Shown: positions 13,707 to 29,792, counted from the whole stretch's first letter. The stretch is 62,529 nucleotides of DNA, filler included, from Trichosphaerium sp. ATCC 40318 (GCA_038496445.1; 3 parts of 3 records of this genome joined end to end with filler, not necessarily neighbours in it), one strand, 5' to 3'. Notes: generated by a model not told the origin, from the letters alone. Made by a program: numbers and translations.

Positions 13707-13778
13707 GTCTTCGTGGCCTAATGGTATGGCACCAGTCTTCGGATCTGGGGATTGCGGGTTCAAGTCCCGTCGGGGACT
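13707..13778 (+). tRNA. tRNA-Arg(TCG)
   Basis: Cloverleaf GTCTTCG...CGGGGAC. D-arm GCCTAATGGTATGGC, anticodon loop CT-TCG-GA (TCG at 13739-13741), T-arm GCGGGTTCAAGTCCCGT, then a T4 run. There is one T:T mismatch in the anticodon stem. Confidence 0.85.
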
Positions 13779-14104
13779 GTTTTGCTTGCCCTGGCACCGC
13801 TGACACTTTTTATTTTGGCTTGTGGAAGCGTTTTTTCGAATTTTGGAAATGTCAAAATTTTTTAGTTGAGATTGAAGCGTATTCTTGCTTGGTCAACGGT
13901 CTATTTCAGTGAAATTATCTTGTGAAAAGACGCCAAAGTCAGGCACTTACTTGTTGAAGCTTACTTTATTGTTAACACTTCAAAAAAAACAATAATTGAC
14001 ATTGAGAAATTTTTGTGATTACAGACGCCAGTGTTTTAAATGTCGCTACAAATCTTCATTGCGAATTGTGCTATAAACAAATTATTAATTACGCCAACGT
14101 ATAC

Positions 14105-14621
14105 ATGCAACCAAACCCACGCAGCAATAATGACATAGCTAACCAGAATATACCAATACACTATCCAAACGACTGGGCATTTGAACAGGAGAACACCATT
14201 AGCATCCACATATGGTAGGACTAGTGTATTCGCTTTCAATCTAACTGTACCAGGTACCATAAGCGCAATACCAGGAAAGGCTGGACTATTGTTGAAGGCC
14301 TTGAAACTACGAAGCTCAAGGTGAATTTAAAGAAGTTAATTTTAAAAGTACAAAAAGAGCTTCGCAAGGTACGTTGTTCTTATCGACAGTATTCGCTGTA
14401 TTTTTATGTTTACTGATTGCGTAGTTATGCCATTGTACTGTCAGTATTCAAGGAACCGATGAAGCGCCTGTACTTCAGCTGCAAGGTACTGACTTTGTTT
14501 TTACTTCTTCGGGGTTTTTTACTGACCGCAATAAGGTGACCAACGCCAAGTTGTAGTTGAATACATAACAAAAACGAGGAAAATTGCGTCATTACGTGAC
14601 ATCAAAACTCATGGTGCTTAA
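14105..14621 (+). CDS. SUI1: divergent eIF1/SUI1-family translation initiation factor, 4 exons
   Basis: Spliced: ...IHIWYHKRNTRKGWTIVEGL...LCHCTV...VLQLQGDQRQVVVEYI...IKTHGA*. This matches the SUI1 pattern IHIR.QQRNGRK..T.VQG / LQGDQR / IK.HG. Confidence 0.85.
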
Positions 14622-14789
14622 ATGCTAAACGCGTCTATTATTCAATGTACTCACAGCAACAATTAAACAGTTTACAATCACGTGGGTTTTTTTTTCTTGA
14701 CTTAGTTGTCACCTGTCTAACATTAGGTGGCTAATTATTTACCTATAATACATAAAATTTCTTTGGTTATTGTACATAGGGAAGGGACT

Positions 14790-16781
14790 TGTTTAAACTA
14801 CAGTTTTGCTTTGAAACAATTAGATTACAACGTCGACCAAAAAAACCAAAACGTACATTTGTGCTAAACTTTGCTTATCAATGTGTATATCGTTCTTGCT
14901 AGTACTACTAGATGTTTTTGAATTCTTGCTGCCCGTAGAAGTCTTTAATGGGCCGACAGGTTGGAAAGAGTAAACCTAAGAACAAATAAGCATTCAACTC
15001 TGACGCGATCAACAATTACTTGAAGGATTGAAAGTGCCATTTGAGAACAGTAAAAGAAGCCAAGAGAATACACTGTTTTTCTTGTTGCTATATTTTGCTT
15101 TGCAGGAATAGCCATAACGATTACGCTAAAAAGCAATATAACAATAAGAATTGAATTTAGCGTCAACCGTCTCAAAATCTTATTACACGTGTTAGTCACG
15201 TGTAGTAAAAAAAAAAGTTAATATCAAAACAAAGTGTCCTTACCTTTGTCAGTAGCTTCGATTTTTTAGATTCAAACCCACCAGCACGTTTGTAGACCTT
15301 GAAGTAAACGTAAGTTAAAATCAGAATTTCGTTTTCTTGGATAATACCCTTGTTAAAATTACAACGCTGTATATCAATACCGTAAGGTTTGTAAAGAAGT
15401 TTAGGATGAATGGTATGTATAGTATTGCAGTTGGTGTTTCTGTTGTAGCAGCTCTTAGTATAGCTGCAACGATATCAGTGATGATTAAGAAAGCGCTCAA
15501 TGCTATGAAGCATATTCGAAATCTTTTTGTTTTGAGGAAGACATGGATTTGAACTCCCTTTGCAACAAGTGTTTCGTGCCTAGTCCGCATGTAAGTTATC
15601 AATGCAATATTAACTTTTTAATACATACCAAAACATAGTAATGAGAACATTAGTGATTGTAGAAAGTGGGAAACTGATGGAAAGCATAAACTCATCAAAC
15701 TGATACGCATACAATTGCCTTGATCCAAAAAAATTAAGTATGTAAATGAACTTCACTACAACACCGTTTAGTGACACCTAAGAACATCTCTTACGCACGT
15801 GTATTTCCTACAGTTTCTATTGCGATAGCAACCACAGGTAGAGATATTTCGAAAAGGTCTCCAAGCTTGTAGTATTGATAAGCCCTTAAAAGACAGTTAG
15901 CTTCTTTTAAAACGAAAGTCCTAATTTCGCTGGGTTTTTTTTGACAGGTGGTCCGGAACATCTCTTGCCCTGTATCTTACCTCACAACACATAATACCAA
16001 AGCGGCAAAACAAACTAATGCTAGTATAGCTTGCATTATAGCGAACCCGGCCCCACTAAAAAAACTATGGCACCCGTTGTGCGCTGAAATAATAAAAATT
16101 AGTTTGAGCCGAAAACAAAGATTTAGACACGTCATCCTTACTTGATGTGATTGTAGCTGTAATCGTTCCATTTGGAACTATACCTTCTAAATCGTCATCG
16201 TTTACCTCCACAATGGGTATAGAAAGTCTTTTCAAGCTCCTATCTAGCACCACATCAGAAACAAATGAAGAAGTTCTTGATGAAAAAAAAGTAGGGCTAC
16301 ATCTTTGTTCTTATCACTCCCTAAAGTAGGCCCACGCTAAAAGTATGTGTTTTTGGCGATTCGATCAAATATGGCACGTGGTAAAACGTTGACAATACTT
16401 ACCATACACGAAATACATTGCACATCCAGGCGAAACAAACCTACTATTGTACGAAATAATAATAACCGAAGCTCCTATGTCCATCGCTTTTAGAAGATTA
16501 CTACTCGAAATTTCACCATGCGTAAGAAACACAGCATCACCTATTGATAGTCCGATAGCGTTTAGACAATGAGATAAAAGAAACAAAAAGAAATACTAAC
16601 CTGGGATCGCATCATATATCCTTCTAACAGTGGTATTATGTATTGTTGTAAAGAATAAAGAGTTACCACCGAATACTAAAGGTGAAGACTCTATTATTTG
16701 TTCCGTAGGTATCCCACTATGTATTATTATATTGCATGAAGCGTATACTGAGAATAGAAGGAAAATTGTTTCGTAGAGCAT
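14790..16781 (-). CDS. signal peptide + PA-like ectodomain + multi-TM (THH1/TOM1- or GPCR-like) membrane protein; 3' end approximate
   Basis: Hydrophobic N-terminus, then KAMDIGASVIII and LSIPIVEV (PA-like), then about seven hydrophobic segments across short introns. Confidence 0.55.
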
Positions 16782-16949
16782 CACGTGTTATAAATGGACA
16801 GAGCGGAACAATAAATAGTCCAACCAAATTCTCGTGCACACAACTTGTTTTCTGGTCTTCATCTACAATCGGCTTACCACGTACTTATTTGTTGTAACAG
16901 GAGTTTAGCGCTCTTCAAGTTTGGTCCTTGAAACAATTGTTATTAAGTC

Positions 16950-19599
16950 AACTAATCCTCCTTAGTATCGAGCTGTTCAATAAATTTGCTGATTTGTACC
17001 ATTGATTTTAGCTGATGAGCATTCAGTTATTATTTTCGTACTTACAAAAAATTTACAACGTTAAGTTACAGTGCAGCAAAAGAGAATTGAAAACCTACGT
17101 GTTTACCTTTCAGGCAAACCGAACATCAAACTTTTTTTTTGTTATCAGTATTGTTGGCGAACGCAACGACGGCTTTTTTAGTGTACATGTTCTATTCTTA
17201 CAATTATTAATTGGTGGTATTTGGGTTAAATTCTTTTGCTGGCTGGTATCTATGTAATTTATAAACTTCTATAGTTGGTACAGCATCAAGGAATGTATTG
17301 AATTGACCAATTGTTTTTTGCATTATTCTCGTTTTTTTAATCTGTTCAATACCATCTTTTCCTGTCAGTAGAAAGAACATTATAACCTGTCCTCTATGGA
17401 AACTAGTACTAATAACAGTTCCACGCCATTGTGGTATCTTTTTACTCATAGAAGGAACTACCAGTGCTAAAAAGTTTGTAAATTGTCTGAAGGTATTATA
17501 AAAAACTAACCTCTAAACAGCGCTGCAGCTTTTGGTTGAGTACCAGGTTTTAGGAGAACACGTGATACAACAGCATACTGAGCTCCAGGTCTAACACCCA
17601 GTTGAACACTTTCAAGTGCATAATGCTTATGAACAGTTGCAACACGTAGTAAAGTATTCCAGAACCGAGGTCTTTCGGAAATAACCTGTGTTGAAAATCA
17701 GGATAACAATTAAAAAGTCAGGTCAAGTACTCTATCAACACGGGCTACATTCTCATCGTTATTATAGCACACAATAGTAAACATCTTTCCAAAATCATCA
17801 GTAGCAAAATAAAACCCATCTGAATACTTACAGATCTCTGGCATTACATAATTGTTCAAGTACTCTATTTTTTTGGTAGTAGTTAGAAAAAACACGTGTT
17901 GCGAAACAAGATTTTTGGCAGTACCAAGACCTTCCGCCTCTGCTTTTTCGTCTAAAAATACCATTTCCCATATACGTGAAAAGTATGACGGATACTCATG
18001 GTTCACGTTTCTTGGTAGGGACAAAATGAGCATCATCTAATAAGCATAAGACTATAGTAAAAAGGTGGAATAAAAAAAAAGTCGTACTGGGTCGGATTTC
18101 TTTAGAGGGTCGAGTATTTCAATGACTTGTTCAAATGTTGGTCTATCATTTGGATCTTGGCTCCAACACTTCTTTACCAGGTCCGTATATATAACTGGAT
18201 AACTTGAAGGCAAAGGAGGTCGCTCTCCATCTTGACAAAGTATTTAATTAAAAAATATTAGAGTGTATTTTATACAATAAAAAGGTCAAACTGAACGTAC
18301 TTCCTACCCTTCTTAAAATGTCTATAATACGAACATCCTTCCAAGGATACTTCCTAGTCATCAATTCCCACAGTACAATACCTACATTGGAAACTTTAGA
18401 ATACGAAATGACAAAAATAGATGAAGACATACCGTAACTGTATACATCAGACGCTGGTAATTGTGGAAGAGTACGTACTTCTGGAGCTCTCCAGGGTACA
18501 GTGCAATTAAAGGGTGTTGAGGGATCTTGCCCATTGCTTGTTTTAAGCGTGCTGATACCAAAATCAGCCACCTTTTAAAACATAAGACGGATAAACAAAT
18601 AGTTTTGATCATCTTGCCTTAACTATTTTATAGTCATTTGCAAGCTACAAACATACATTAGAAATAAAAGGTATTGTAGCAGTAAACATATAGCAGTAAT
18701 TAAAGTACCAAAATGTTAGAACTCTTTAAGTCACGATGCAAAACAAGCGGTTGATGTTTGTGTAGATAATTCATGCCTTAAAAAAACATTCAGTTTCTAA
18801 AAGATGATTGGTTCGTACCTTGTGCTACAGATGTTACAATATGCAGGATATGAGCACCCATCATTCTAGCATTAGAGTCCAAAATCGTGCGCAAATCACC
18901 TGTTTTTTTTCAATGTCAATTTCTAGTGTGTAATATCAGTCACGTGGTTGTACCCATATCCATTAGTTCTGTTACAATAGAAAGAGTTGGTGGCCCACAA
19001 TAACCTAATAATAAAACACAATTTGGATGCCGTAATGTCCTGAAAAGTGTGTTATTCAACAAAAATAAAAAACTTGCTTTTCGCTCACTTCAAGATTGCT
19101 ATTTCTTTCTGGAAATCAGCAGTATTTGTAGGTGATACCTTAGCAGTGAGCATCTACTTAGTGTTACGGCCGTTAAAAATTATGTAGTTAAATTACCTTA
19201 ACTGCAACGTCTAAACGCCATATTTTTGCTTTCCAGACTTCGCCAAATACTCCTGAAGCGTAGTTAGACTTTCTGAGCGCGTTTTCGTTTACAAGATTAA
19301 AACGTACCATTTCCTAACTTGTGGTCGATCTTAAGATCACTAAACTCAACTGTAGAGCTATGTTGGATCTCTGACAGCAATTTATTTATGCCAGCAGCAA
19401 ATTCGACGTTCGTTAGCTCGGGCATCGTACTGGTGGGCTGTTGACGCAACATTGGCGTGCAATACATAAGATAGCTTGACGCCTTTTCATTGGCATCACT
19501 CAAGACCCATTCATAGCCCTCTGAATCTAGTGACGTTGCCAAATCGTTCCTTTTAACATTATCTGTTGGAATATCGGGCGTATCGGTTGTGTCGGTCAT
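16950..19599 (-). CDS. TKL-group protein kinase with C-terminal extension; 3' end approximate
   Basis: LGNGVFGEVWKA, VAVK, HRDLKSSNIL, ADFGIS, WRAPEV, SDVYSYGIVLWEL, CWSQDPNDRPTF. Confidence 0.92.
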
Positions 19600-19812
19600 A
19601 CCAACGTTATACTACGTATACAACGACATGAACGCTGGAGTACTTAAGTTGCTTTGATTTTGACTTTCAGGAAACGTTAAGTTTATTGCCTCAATTTCGT
19701 TTGATTCGCGAATTTATTATAGCAACGGCAGCAAAGACGCGCATACAACTACCTGCGAGTGTTGAAAATTAAAGTAAATTTCCTGACCTACGGAAACGAC
19801 CAATAACCACCC

Positions 19813-22726
<2,914 letters not shown>

Positions 22727-22990
22727 NNNNNNNNNNNNNNNNNNNNNNNNNNNNNNNNNNNNNNNNNNNTTAATTAATTAANNNNNNNNNNNNNNNNNNN
22801 NNNNNNNNNNNNNNNNNNNNNNNNNAAAAAAAAAAAACAAACAAAAAAGTCAACTGAAGAAAGTTCAACGTTTTTTCCATTTTCTGACTTTACTACGTGT
22901 CACGTGACACAAATTTAAGTGCATTTGACTGTGCACAGTCAGCGAGATAGTCACCTTTTTACTCCTCTCTGATTCTACAAGTAGAAAAAC

Positions 22991-24607
22991 ATGTTTACCG
23001 CGCTGTTTACTGATAAATTAATACATATGTTTAGGTAATATTCAGACTCAAATACATGATATGAATTCCGTTGCTGTTGCCAACAGTTGGGAAGATTGTC
23101 TAGGTGTGCTCTAGTAAAGATACTTTGTATTGATTATACTAACAGCTTCTTCTTTTTTTTGTAGTTATTGGTACTGTGAGTGGAGAAGTGCATATTTGGG
23201 ATGGCTCAAAAAAACGATTTGCTACTGGTGACGAACCTTACCAAATACATAGTATGCTGTCCCAAAGCTTTGTTGATAACTCATATCTATAGAGAGTTAT
23301 ATATTTTGGATTGAGATTAGAGGTGACACGTGTGTTTCTATTTCAGCTGACAGAACACAAGCATGTACGATGATGGATTTTATTGGATTTTTTTTTCACT
23401 GATAGCTGTGTTTAGTGTTCACAATAAAGAGGGAAAATGGTGTTCCTACTATAAAGGTTATATCATCCCAATCAACTGAGACTGTTGCATGGGGATGTGA
23501 TATCAGTTTTGAACATAACATTTATGTAACTGCAGGAAGTAAGCTTCTATCAGGTCTTCAGCGTAAAATAGTTTGTTAACTTGTTTTAGATGCTGGCAAG
23601 GTAACAACTTGGGACTTGAAAACTGGAGAAAAGTTAGAAACAGTTGATATTAATCAAACGATTTTAGATGTGACATTTGTTGGTACAGTGCAATGTTTCA
23701 TTTGTTATTTGAAAAATACAAATTGATTTTACTTTTGTAGGCAATTACTGTGCCTGTGCCGGTGGTGGTAAGGGAGCTGTTCAAATGCTTTCTTTACCTT
23801 CACTTGAAGAAATACAAACTCTGTATGTGAGCCCAGAGACTGTATTTTCTATTTGTAACGTGGGTCATTTTCTGTTCACTTGTGATTACAAAGTAAGATA
23901 TTTACCCTCTTTATTATCTTCTTATATTTTGTTCTTTAGACTGTTACTATGTGGGATGTAAGAACAATGAATGAAGTGTTCAAACATAGTTATACATATA
24001 GTTTTGATAGGCTACAGCCAATCAGCGAGATGTGTGTATATAACAATAAGTTAATCGTTGGTAAGACCGTGACATGGAAGAAAAAAGTCTCCAATCAATA
24101 TCGACTTAATGTGAAATTTTTAGGTGTTCTAGGATACGGTGCAGATAAAAAGTCTGTTAGTTTACATATTTACGATATTGCCGATATAATCGCTACTCAG
24201 GTTTGCACATTTGTTTTATAACTTAATACCACGTGTTTTTTCTTTCTTTCTAAGTTTTTTTTTCTTTCAGAATGTTGAGTATAAAGTCATTGATGTACAT
24301 GGTGCCTCACATGATATTGTAAAGATAAAAAGTATTTCCATGGTACCAAATAGGGGTAAGCTGCTTTTAATTTATATATATCTCAGTGTGTTCACTTACA
24401 ACTCTTAGATGTTCTGTACGTTGCACACCAACATGGATTTATTCAAGTTCAATTCTGCAAACAACAAAAAGTTGTGTTAAGTTTTTTCCGCAAATTGTTT
24501 GGCGTTGGTTCACGAAAGTAAACAAAACCTCAACCAATAAAACGTCAACCATGGTATTGTGGTATGTGTAGGTAGTATTTTCCTCGCTCAGTAAAGAAAA
24601 TCAATGA
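22991..24607 (+). CDS. WD40-repeat protein, multi-exon; start approximate
   Basis: GTVSGEVHIWD, GKVTTWDLKTGE, VTMWDVRT and LHIYD repeats across short introns. Confidence 0.65.
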
Positions 24608-24740
24608 AGATGTAAGCAATCACAAGAATAAACAAAATTGACCAGGTTGTGCTGATTTTCAAAAAAAAAAAAAGAGTCAATAGAGTAACGTTTGCTTATG
24701 ACAACGTTTATTTCACGGACATGTATAAGATGAACCATAT

Positions 24741-26186
24741 CTATTTTCTTGCAACACCACCTTTCCTCTATTTTAGAGAGATTAGAAATCAGGTAACAAC
24801 AATTGACTTGTTTTTTTTTGTGGGTATTTTCGCGTACCATAGGCATGTACTTCTTGGCTTCAGCAAGTTCACGTTCCATCCACCAAATACTTCCTTGTCC
24901 AGCACCACCCTTAAACAGTCGTTGATATTGTAGAAGTCATGCAACAGAAGAGTCTATGGGTACCTTTTGGGCTGCGGCATGAAGAGCAGCTTCTGCGGCT
25001 TCTACAGCTTCAACTGCAGCGTTTCGTGACTTTTCAGCACGTTTCGTAGCTGCCTCTGTGGTGATCTTTGCGGTTCTTAAAGGCAATGGATCCTCAGCCA
25101 AGTGTTGAGATAGTTGATTTTTTGCGCGATTCCTAACAGCATTTAGCGGTTAGGTTATTCTTTTTCGAAAAGAGTACCTTGCTACAATACCACCCTCTTC
25201 GGACTGCTTTTTTAAAGTCTCAGTTTTTTTATTGTAAGCATCCTCTTGCTCCTTGAGGTCTTTCAAAGCTGCTTTAAGCTCCTCTGTACAAGTTGTTAAG
25301 CAACGGAATAGTCAATAATAATGTAAACCGTACGCTCTTCTTTTTGCGCTTTCTTCAGAGCTGATTGCGCGGTTTCGAGCATGGCTTGACATCTCATCAT
25401 CTCCTCTTCGTTACCACCCTAAGTCATGGCATTAGGTAAGCATATCTTATAACCTGAACTTAGTCCAACACGTACTTGAGGACGCTTGACGAACTCTTCT
25501 ACTTTTTTGTTAAACTCCCAAAGGCAGAACTCAACAAGAGCCAATCTTTTGTTAAAATCCAAGTCAGCAGCTCTAGTAGCATTATTTAGCATTATGTCCT
25601 ACCAACGATGCGCCTCAACGCCTTTTTACAGTAAAATAATGCGCGTACAAAATCTCTTGTCTCATTTGCTTTACAGTCTTGGTGTTACCCAATTTTTCTA
25701 GAAACCTTTTTGTACAAAGTCAATATCACGTGACCCAAGCGACAAAAAGCTCTGAACCGGTTACCTGTGGGCATTGAACTACGAATTAATATTAGCTTAA
25801 CGGCCTCCCTTTCAAAGGTACTGTACCTCGTCTAAATCACTTCCTTTCTCAGCTTTATCAACATCCAACTCAACGAACACTAAACAGCGCAATCGTCAAA
25901 AATCACAAAGTTTTTTTTCTCCCTTTATAAGAGTTTCGTACTATGAACCCATTTCCATACGCTCTCCTTCTTGTCTATGAAGTTTTTAGTGAGAAATCAA
26001 TAAATATAAAGCGAGTCGGTTAAAGATTTCGGAATAACGATGTGATACCTTGTAGTTCATCCCAGTAAGCGTTTAAGACACTGTAGTAGAAGTTAACGGA
26101 AACATTCGCTTTATACGACTTAAAATCACGTGCGCTTTGCCCTGGTCTGCATATGTTTTAGCAGTAAATTGTTTAAAAGCTTCCAT
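24741..26186 (-). CDS. homologue of the 34-kDa Ca-regulated actin-bundling protein ('TolA-like' family of amoebae)
   Basis: TYADQGKAVLNAYW, GSDLDE, an EF-hand-like DLDFNKRLALVEF, AKNQLSQHLAEDPLPLRTAKITTEAA, and C-terminal GSIWWMERELAEAKKYMP. Confidence 0.8.
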
Positions 26187-26627
26187 TTGTTATTTTTCTT
26201 GCTATGTCTTCCACTTGTACTTAACACTACTGACTTATTTGCTTTATAAACATGACGCATTTGACGTGTTACAGACCGTTCTATCTCCTTGTTCTGTGCT
26301 TCGCATATTCGTGTAGAGTTACCACATCCAATCTTACTTGTATATGTACATAAAAACACAAACTGGAACTGGATATGACTTACGGATAACTATTTGAAAA
26401 TAAGATTATATTGTCGTTATTTAGAGGATTGTTAATGTTTACACATGCATAGGTGATAGTCTTTTGTAGAATGGTCACTTATTTTGACACTTCCTATTGA
26501 ACTTTCTGTAGGATTTTCGTTTATCCTTGCTCGGGAAATTGTTGTTCGGTAAAAACAGCATAGTGTGATTGTTTTCAAGAAATTTAAAAAATATTCCCTT
26601 GCAGTATTGGCAAATAATTCAACCAAC

Positions 26628-29359
26628 ATGCCTCGTCTTACTTGGTGTTTGCTTTTTAGTATATACGCAGCGTACATCACTGGTACGGCTGATTAAAACA
26701 GCGCTCGAACTTTCCTTATCCCCAAATTTATCCAAAACATCACGTGACTCTTTCTAGGGCAGCAATTCATTGGCCGAACCGTTTTAACACCATTTAATTC
26801 GCCGTTTTGTACTAGTGTCAATCTAAAATCTCCAAATACCACCTTTGATCAGTACACGTTAATTACTTTTGGATTTAGCTGTAAGTCAAATAGTCTCTTA
26901 TTCTTCAAGTTTTTAAGGACCAAGGTGTCGATAGCCCAGTGGGGTCATGGGCAGGTTCGTCTACCTTGGGTTGCCGGTTCAAATCCCGTGCTGTCCATTT
27001 CTCCTTTCACTGAACGAACAGTCTACATTTCCTCAGGTGGTGCTGAGACGTTGTTCCATTCGTGCTGTGGATAGTAGAGGATGGATTCTCGAGAATTGTT
27101 TCAGTGACCAGTCCAGGCTGGGACCCTGGTTAGTCGCCATCAAACACTCACCCGTCCGTTCCAATCGCGGTGTACATCGGATAGGCTTTGCCTAAAAACA
27201 GCGATCATACTTAATACACTCAAAAACAGCTTGCGGTCCAATGTGAACCAAGCGAAAATGATAACAAAATTATTTCAACGAACTTGGTCAGTCTTCTAGA
27301 CTTGACAATGCTTCCAAGGGCGGAGGGTCACACCCTCTTGTGATTACGAACTGTCTAGTAGATAGCGTCCTTGTCTTCCCACATTGAGAGCGACAGGTGC
27401 AACTCCTGTATAAACCCTTGGTTAGCACCAATGTATGCTAGCCTTAGATTGGGTCGTTCAGTGCAATGTAGACAAATAAAAGTAAAGTATTCTTCAAGTT
27501 TTTCACAAACAAAAAGAAAAAGTTATTAATTTTTTTCAAGATCCTCCCGGTATTCCTTATACTGGCGTTGAGGTGCTAGATTCTAGGGTATTAGCAGTAA
27601 TGGCGAATACTGGACCAAATGGAGCTTCAGGGACTCTACACGAGATGAAAACGGACTGGGACTCGTCCACTACATGGTCTTCGTTTTCAAACAATGTGGG
27701 ACCAGGTAATCCTGTTTTGTTTATTGATATGTTCACTAATAACACAATAGTCGCGGGCATTGATTATGAAACCGAGATATCTGGGTCTTACAGTGACGTA
27801 CCTAACAATGAGGTTGCAAACATTACTGTTACTGATACTGTAAATAAATGGTTGAACCCTAACGTTAAGAATACAGGCTGGCTGATTAAAAGAGGTGAGA
27901 GTTTGATAAGATTTCTTTTTTAACTTGACTTTCTAGAGAACGCACATGATATCTTTGGATGTGAGGCTGTGTTAAGACCCCAACTAACAATGATCGTTGG
28001 ACCACTACCTTGGAATTTTACTTGTTTTACATACAAGGATCCAGGCACGTGATAATGCAGTCATTCGCTGAGTTGTTATCTATTTACCATGGATAAAATT
28101 AGATGGATTATTTCCATACCCGGAACCATTTATCGCTTACACTCGCCTGTGTGCTTTCTGCAAGGGTCCTGGACCCTTCGGAATTTTAGCTGCCGCTCTT
28201 ATTGGTGATGGTCAACTTGTGATAAATGATATAAGCGTGCGAACTACCAAAGTAGATCCTCTTCCAGACACTGATGGTATGTAATCTTTGTGGTGGCGTC
28301 TACACTTGTTTAATTTTTTTGAAAGTTGGCTATTGCGGTACTATACCTCCGGATCTCCAAACGAGAGAGGTAAGTGTGACCTTCGCGTACGTAGTGACTT
28401 TTTTGGACAGTGTTTTACCCGCTTTGAATTACCTTATAAGATTGTAGGACTAAACGTAGTGTAAATTTAGAGATTGATACTACAGGGTACACTACAAAGC
28501 TTCCTGAAGAAATAGGTAAAATTAAGTCGGTTGTGGTACATTTAATAGAAGATAGCTTGTCGATCATTTGAGTGTGAGAATACACGAGTATTAATCAATG
28601 GTACCATTCAAGGACAGCTATTAAAAGGGGAGTCTTTAGTAGTTAGAAATGATGTATTGATCAATGGTAATTTCAGTGTACAAGGTATTGACCAAGGCTT
28701 CATTCTTTCTTCTTTCTGTTAATTTTCTTTCACAAAAAGGTCAAATCAAAATTGAATCAACAGAAACTGTAATCACTATCGAGGGATGTGTTTCAGCAAC
28801 AAATGGTATCAATATTCAATTGAACGAAAACGAGACATATGTAGAAGGACAACAAATCATTGAACTATTTACACCTTGTGACATTGATGTACGAAATCAT
28901 TTTTATTGATAATTTTTTTTGTAAAGATGACCACCTCCAATTAACACCATGTTTAGAACACAAGTTTAATTTTGACAGGTGGCAATGCAGAGGTCCGGAT
29001 TATAATTTTGGAGTTTCTTTGTTAGTTAACTATTGTTTTAAATATAGAGAGATTGTGCAAAACTACTTGCTGAATCAAGCCCAACAACATCAGGGATTGC
29101 TTTAACGATTTTAGTTGATGACAGCGGTTGCGGTGGTGGTGATTCTTCATCATCGTCTTCTTTCAGTGACAATGTACATATAATCGTTCCAGTTATTGTT
29201 GTTGCTGTTGTTTTGGTGGCAATTATCATTGCAGCAGCTCTTGCTTTCTACAGGTAACTTTACTTTCAAAACGCAAAGCTTGCTTTTCTTATTATTTTCT
29301 TAAGATGGAAAAGATTGCATAGATTTTCATTACCTTCTCTTGGTAACAGTAGCAGTTAA
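26628..29359 (+). CDS. type I membrane protein with a DNRLRE-like extracellular domain
   Basis: Signal peptide MPRLTWCLLFSIYAA. LHEMKTDWDSSTTWSSF...ITVTDTVNKWLNPNVKNTGWLIK. Single TM IIVPVIVVAVVLVAIIIAAALAFY and a short basic tail. Confidence 0.65.
26915..27487 (+). mobile_element. tRNA-headed SINE-like retroposon (573 bp) inside an intron
   Basis: Perfect 16-bp TSD TATTCTTCAAGTTTTT (26899-26914, 27488-27503). A box TAGCCCAGTGG at 26932-26942, B box GGTTCAAATCC at 26976-26986. A-rich tail and no internal T4 run. Confidence 0.85.
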
Positions 29360-29598
29360 ACTCACTCCATTTCGTAAAAATACACCAAAGCAAAATACAA
29401 TAAAATAAAACTACAACTTTTAGTGCTTTTATATTTATTCTGTGCCTGTTTAACTGCAATGTGGTTTGCAGAGTATAGCTAAGCGCTAATGTAATGAATG
29501 GTTAACGAGTACAAGGTATCCTACCTACGAGACGTTTGAAGTTACCCAGGGACAATAGGTATAAGATTATCACTGCAATAAACAACCAGCTACTGTTA

Positions 29599-29741
29599 TG
29601 TAAGGCGGAAAGTCGACATGAATCACATTGATTAACCCGGAAGGTGCCGGAGCACCTACTTAATGTAATAAGTCCTTAAAGGACACAATAAACCAGACCC
29701 AAGCTTAGTACAACTACTCACGAGTACCTTACCCTCTTACA
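29599..29741 (+). repeat. 5' LTR
   Basis: TGTAAGGCGG...CCCTCTTACA, identical by eye to 36549-36691. Confidence 0.95.
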
Positions 29742-29792
29742 TTTGGCGACACGCAGCAGTCTTTGATCTACATAAGTCACGGAGATCATAAG

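Noticed and set aside
22727-22825. TTAATTAATTAA palindrome inside the N run (also 53281-53292)
   Set aside because: An artificial scaffolding linker with stops in all six frames. Adjacency across these gaps is not guaranteed.
26915-27000. SINE head as a functional tRNA gene
   Set aside because: It lacks a proper acceptor stem and a 7-nt anticodon loop, and it lies within a TSD-bounded insertion.
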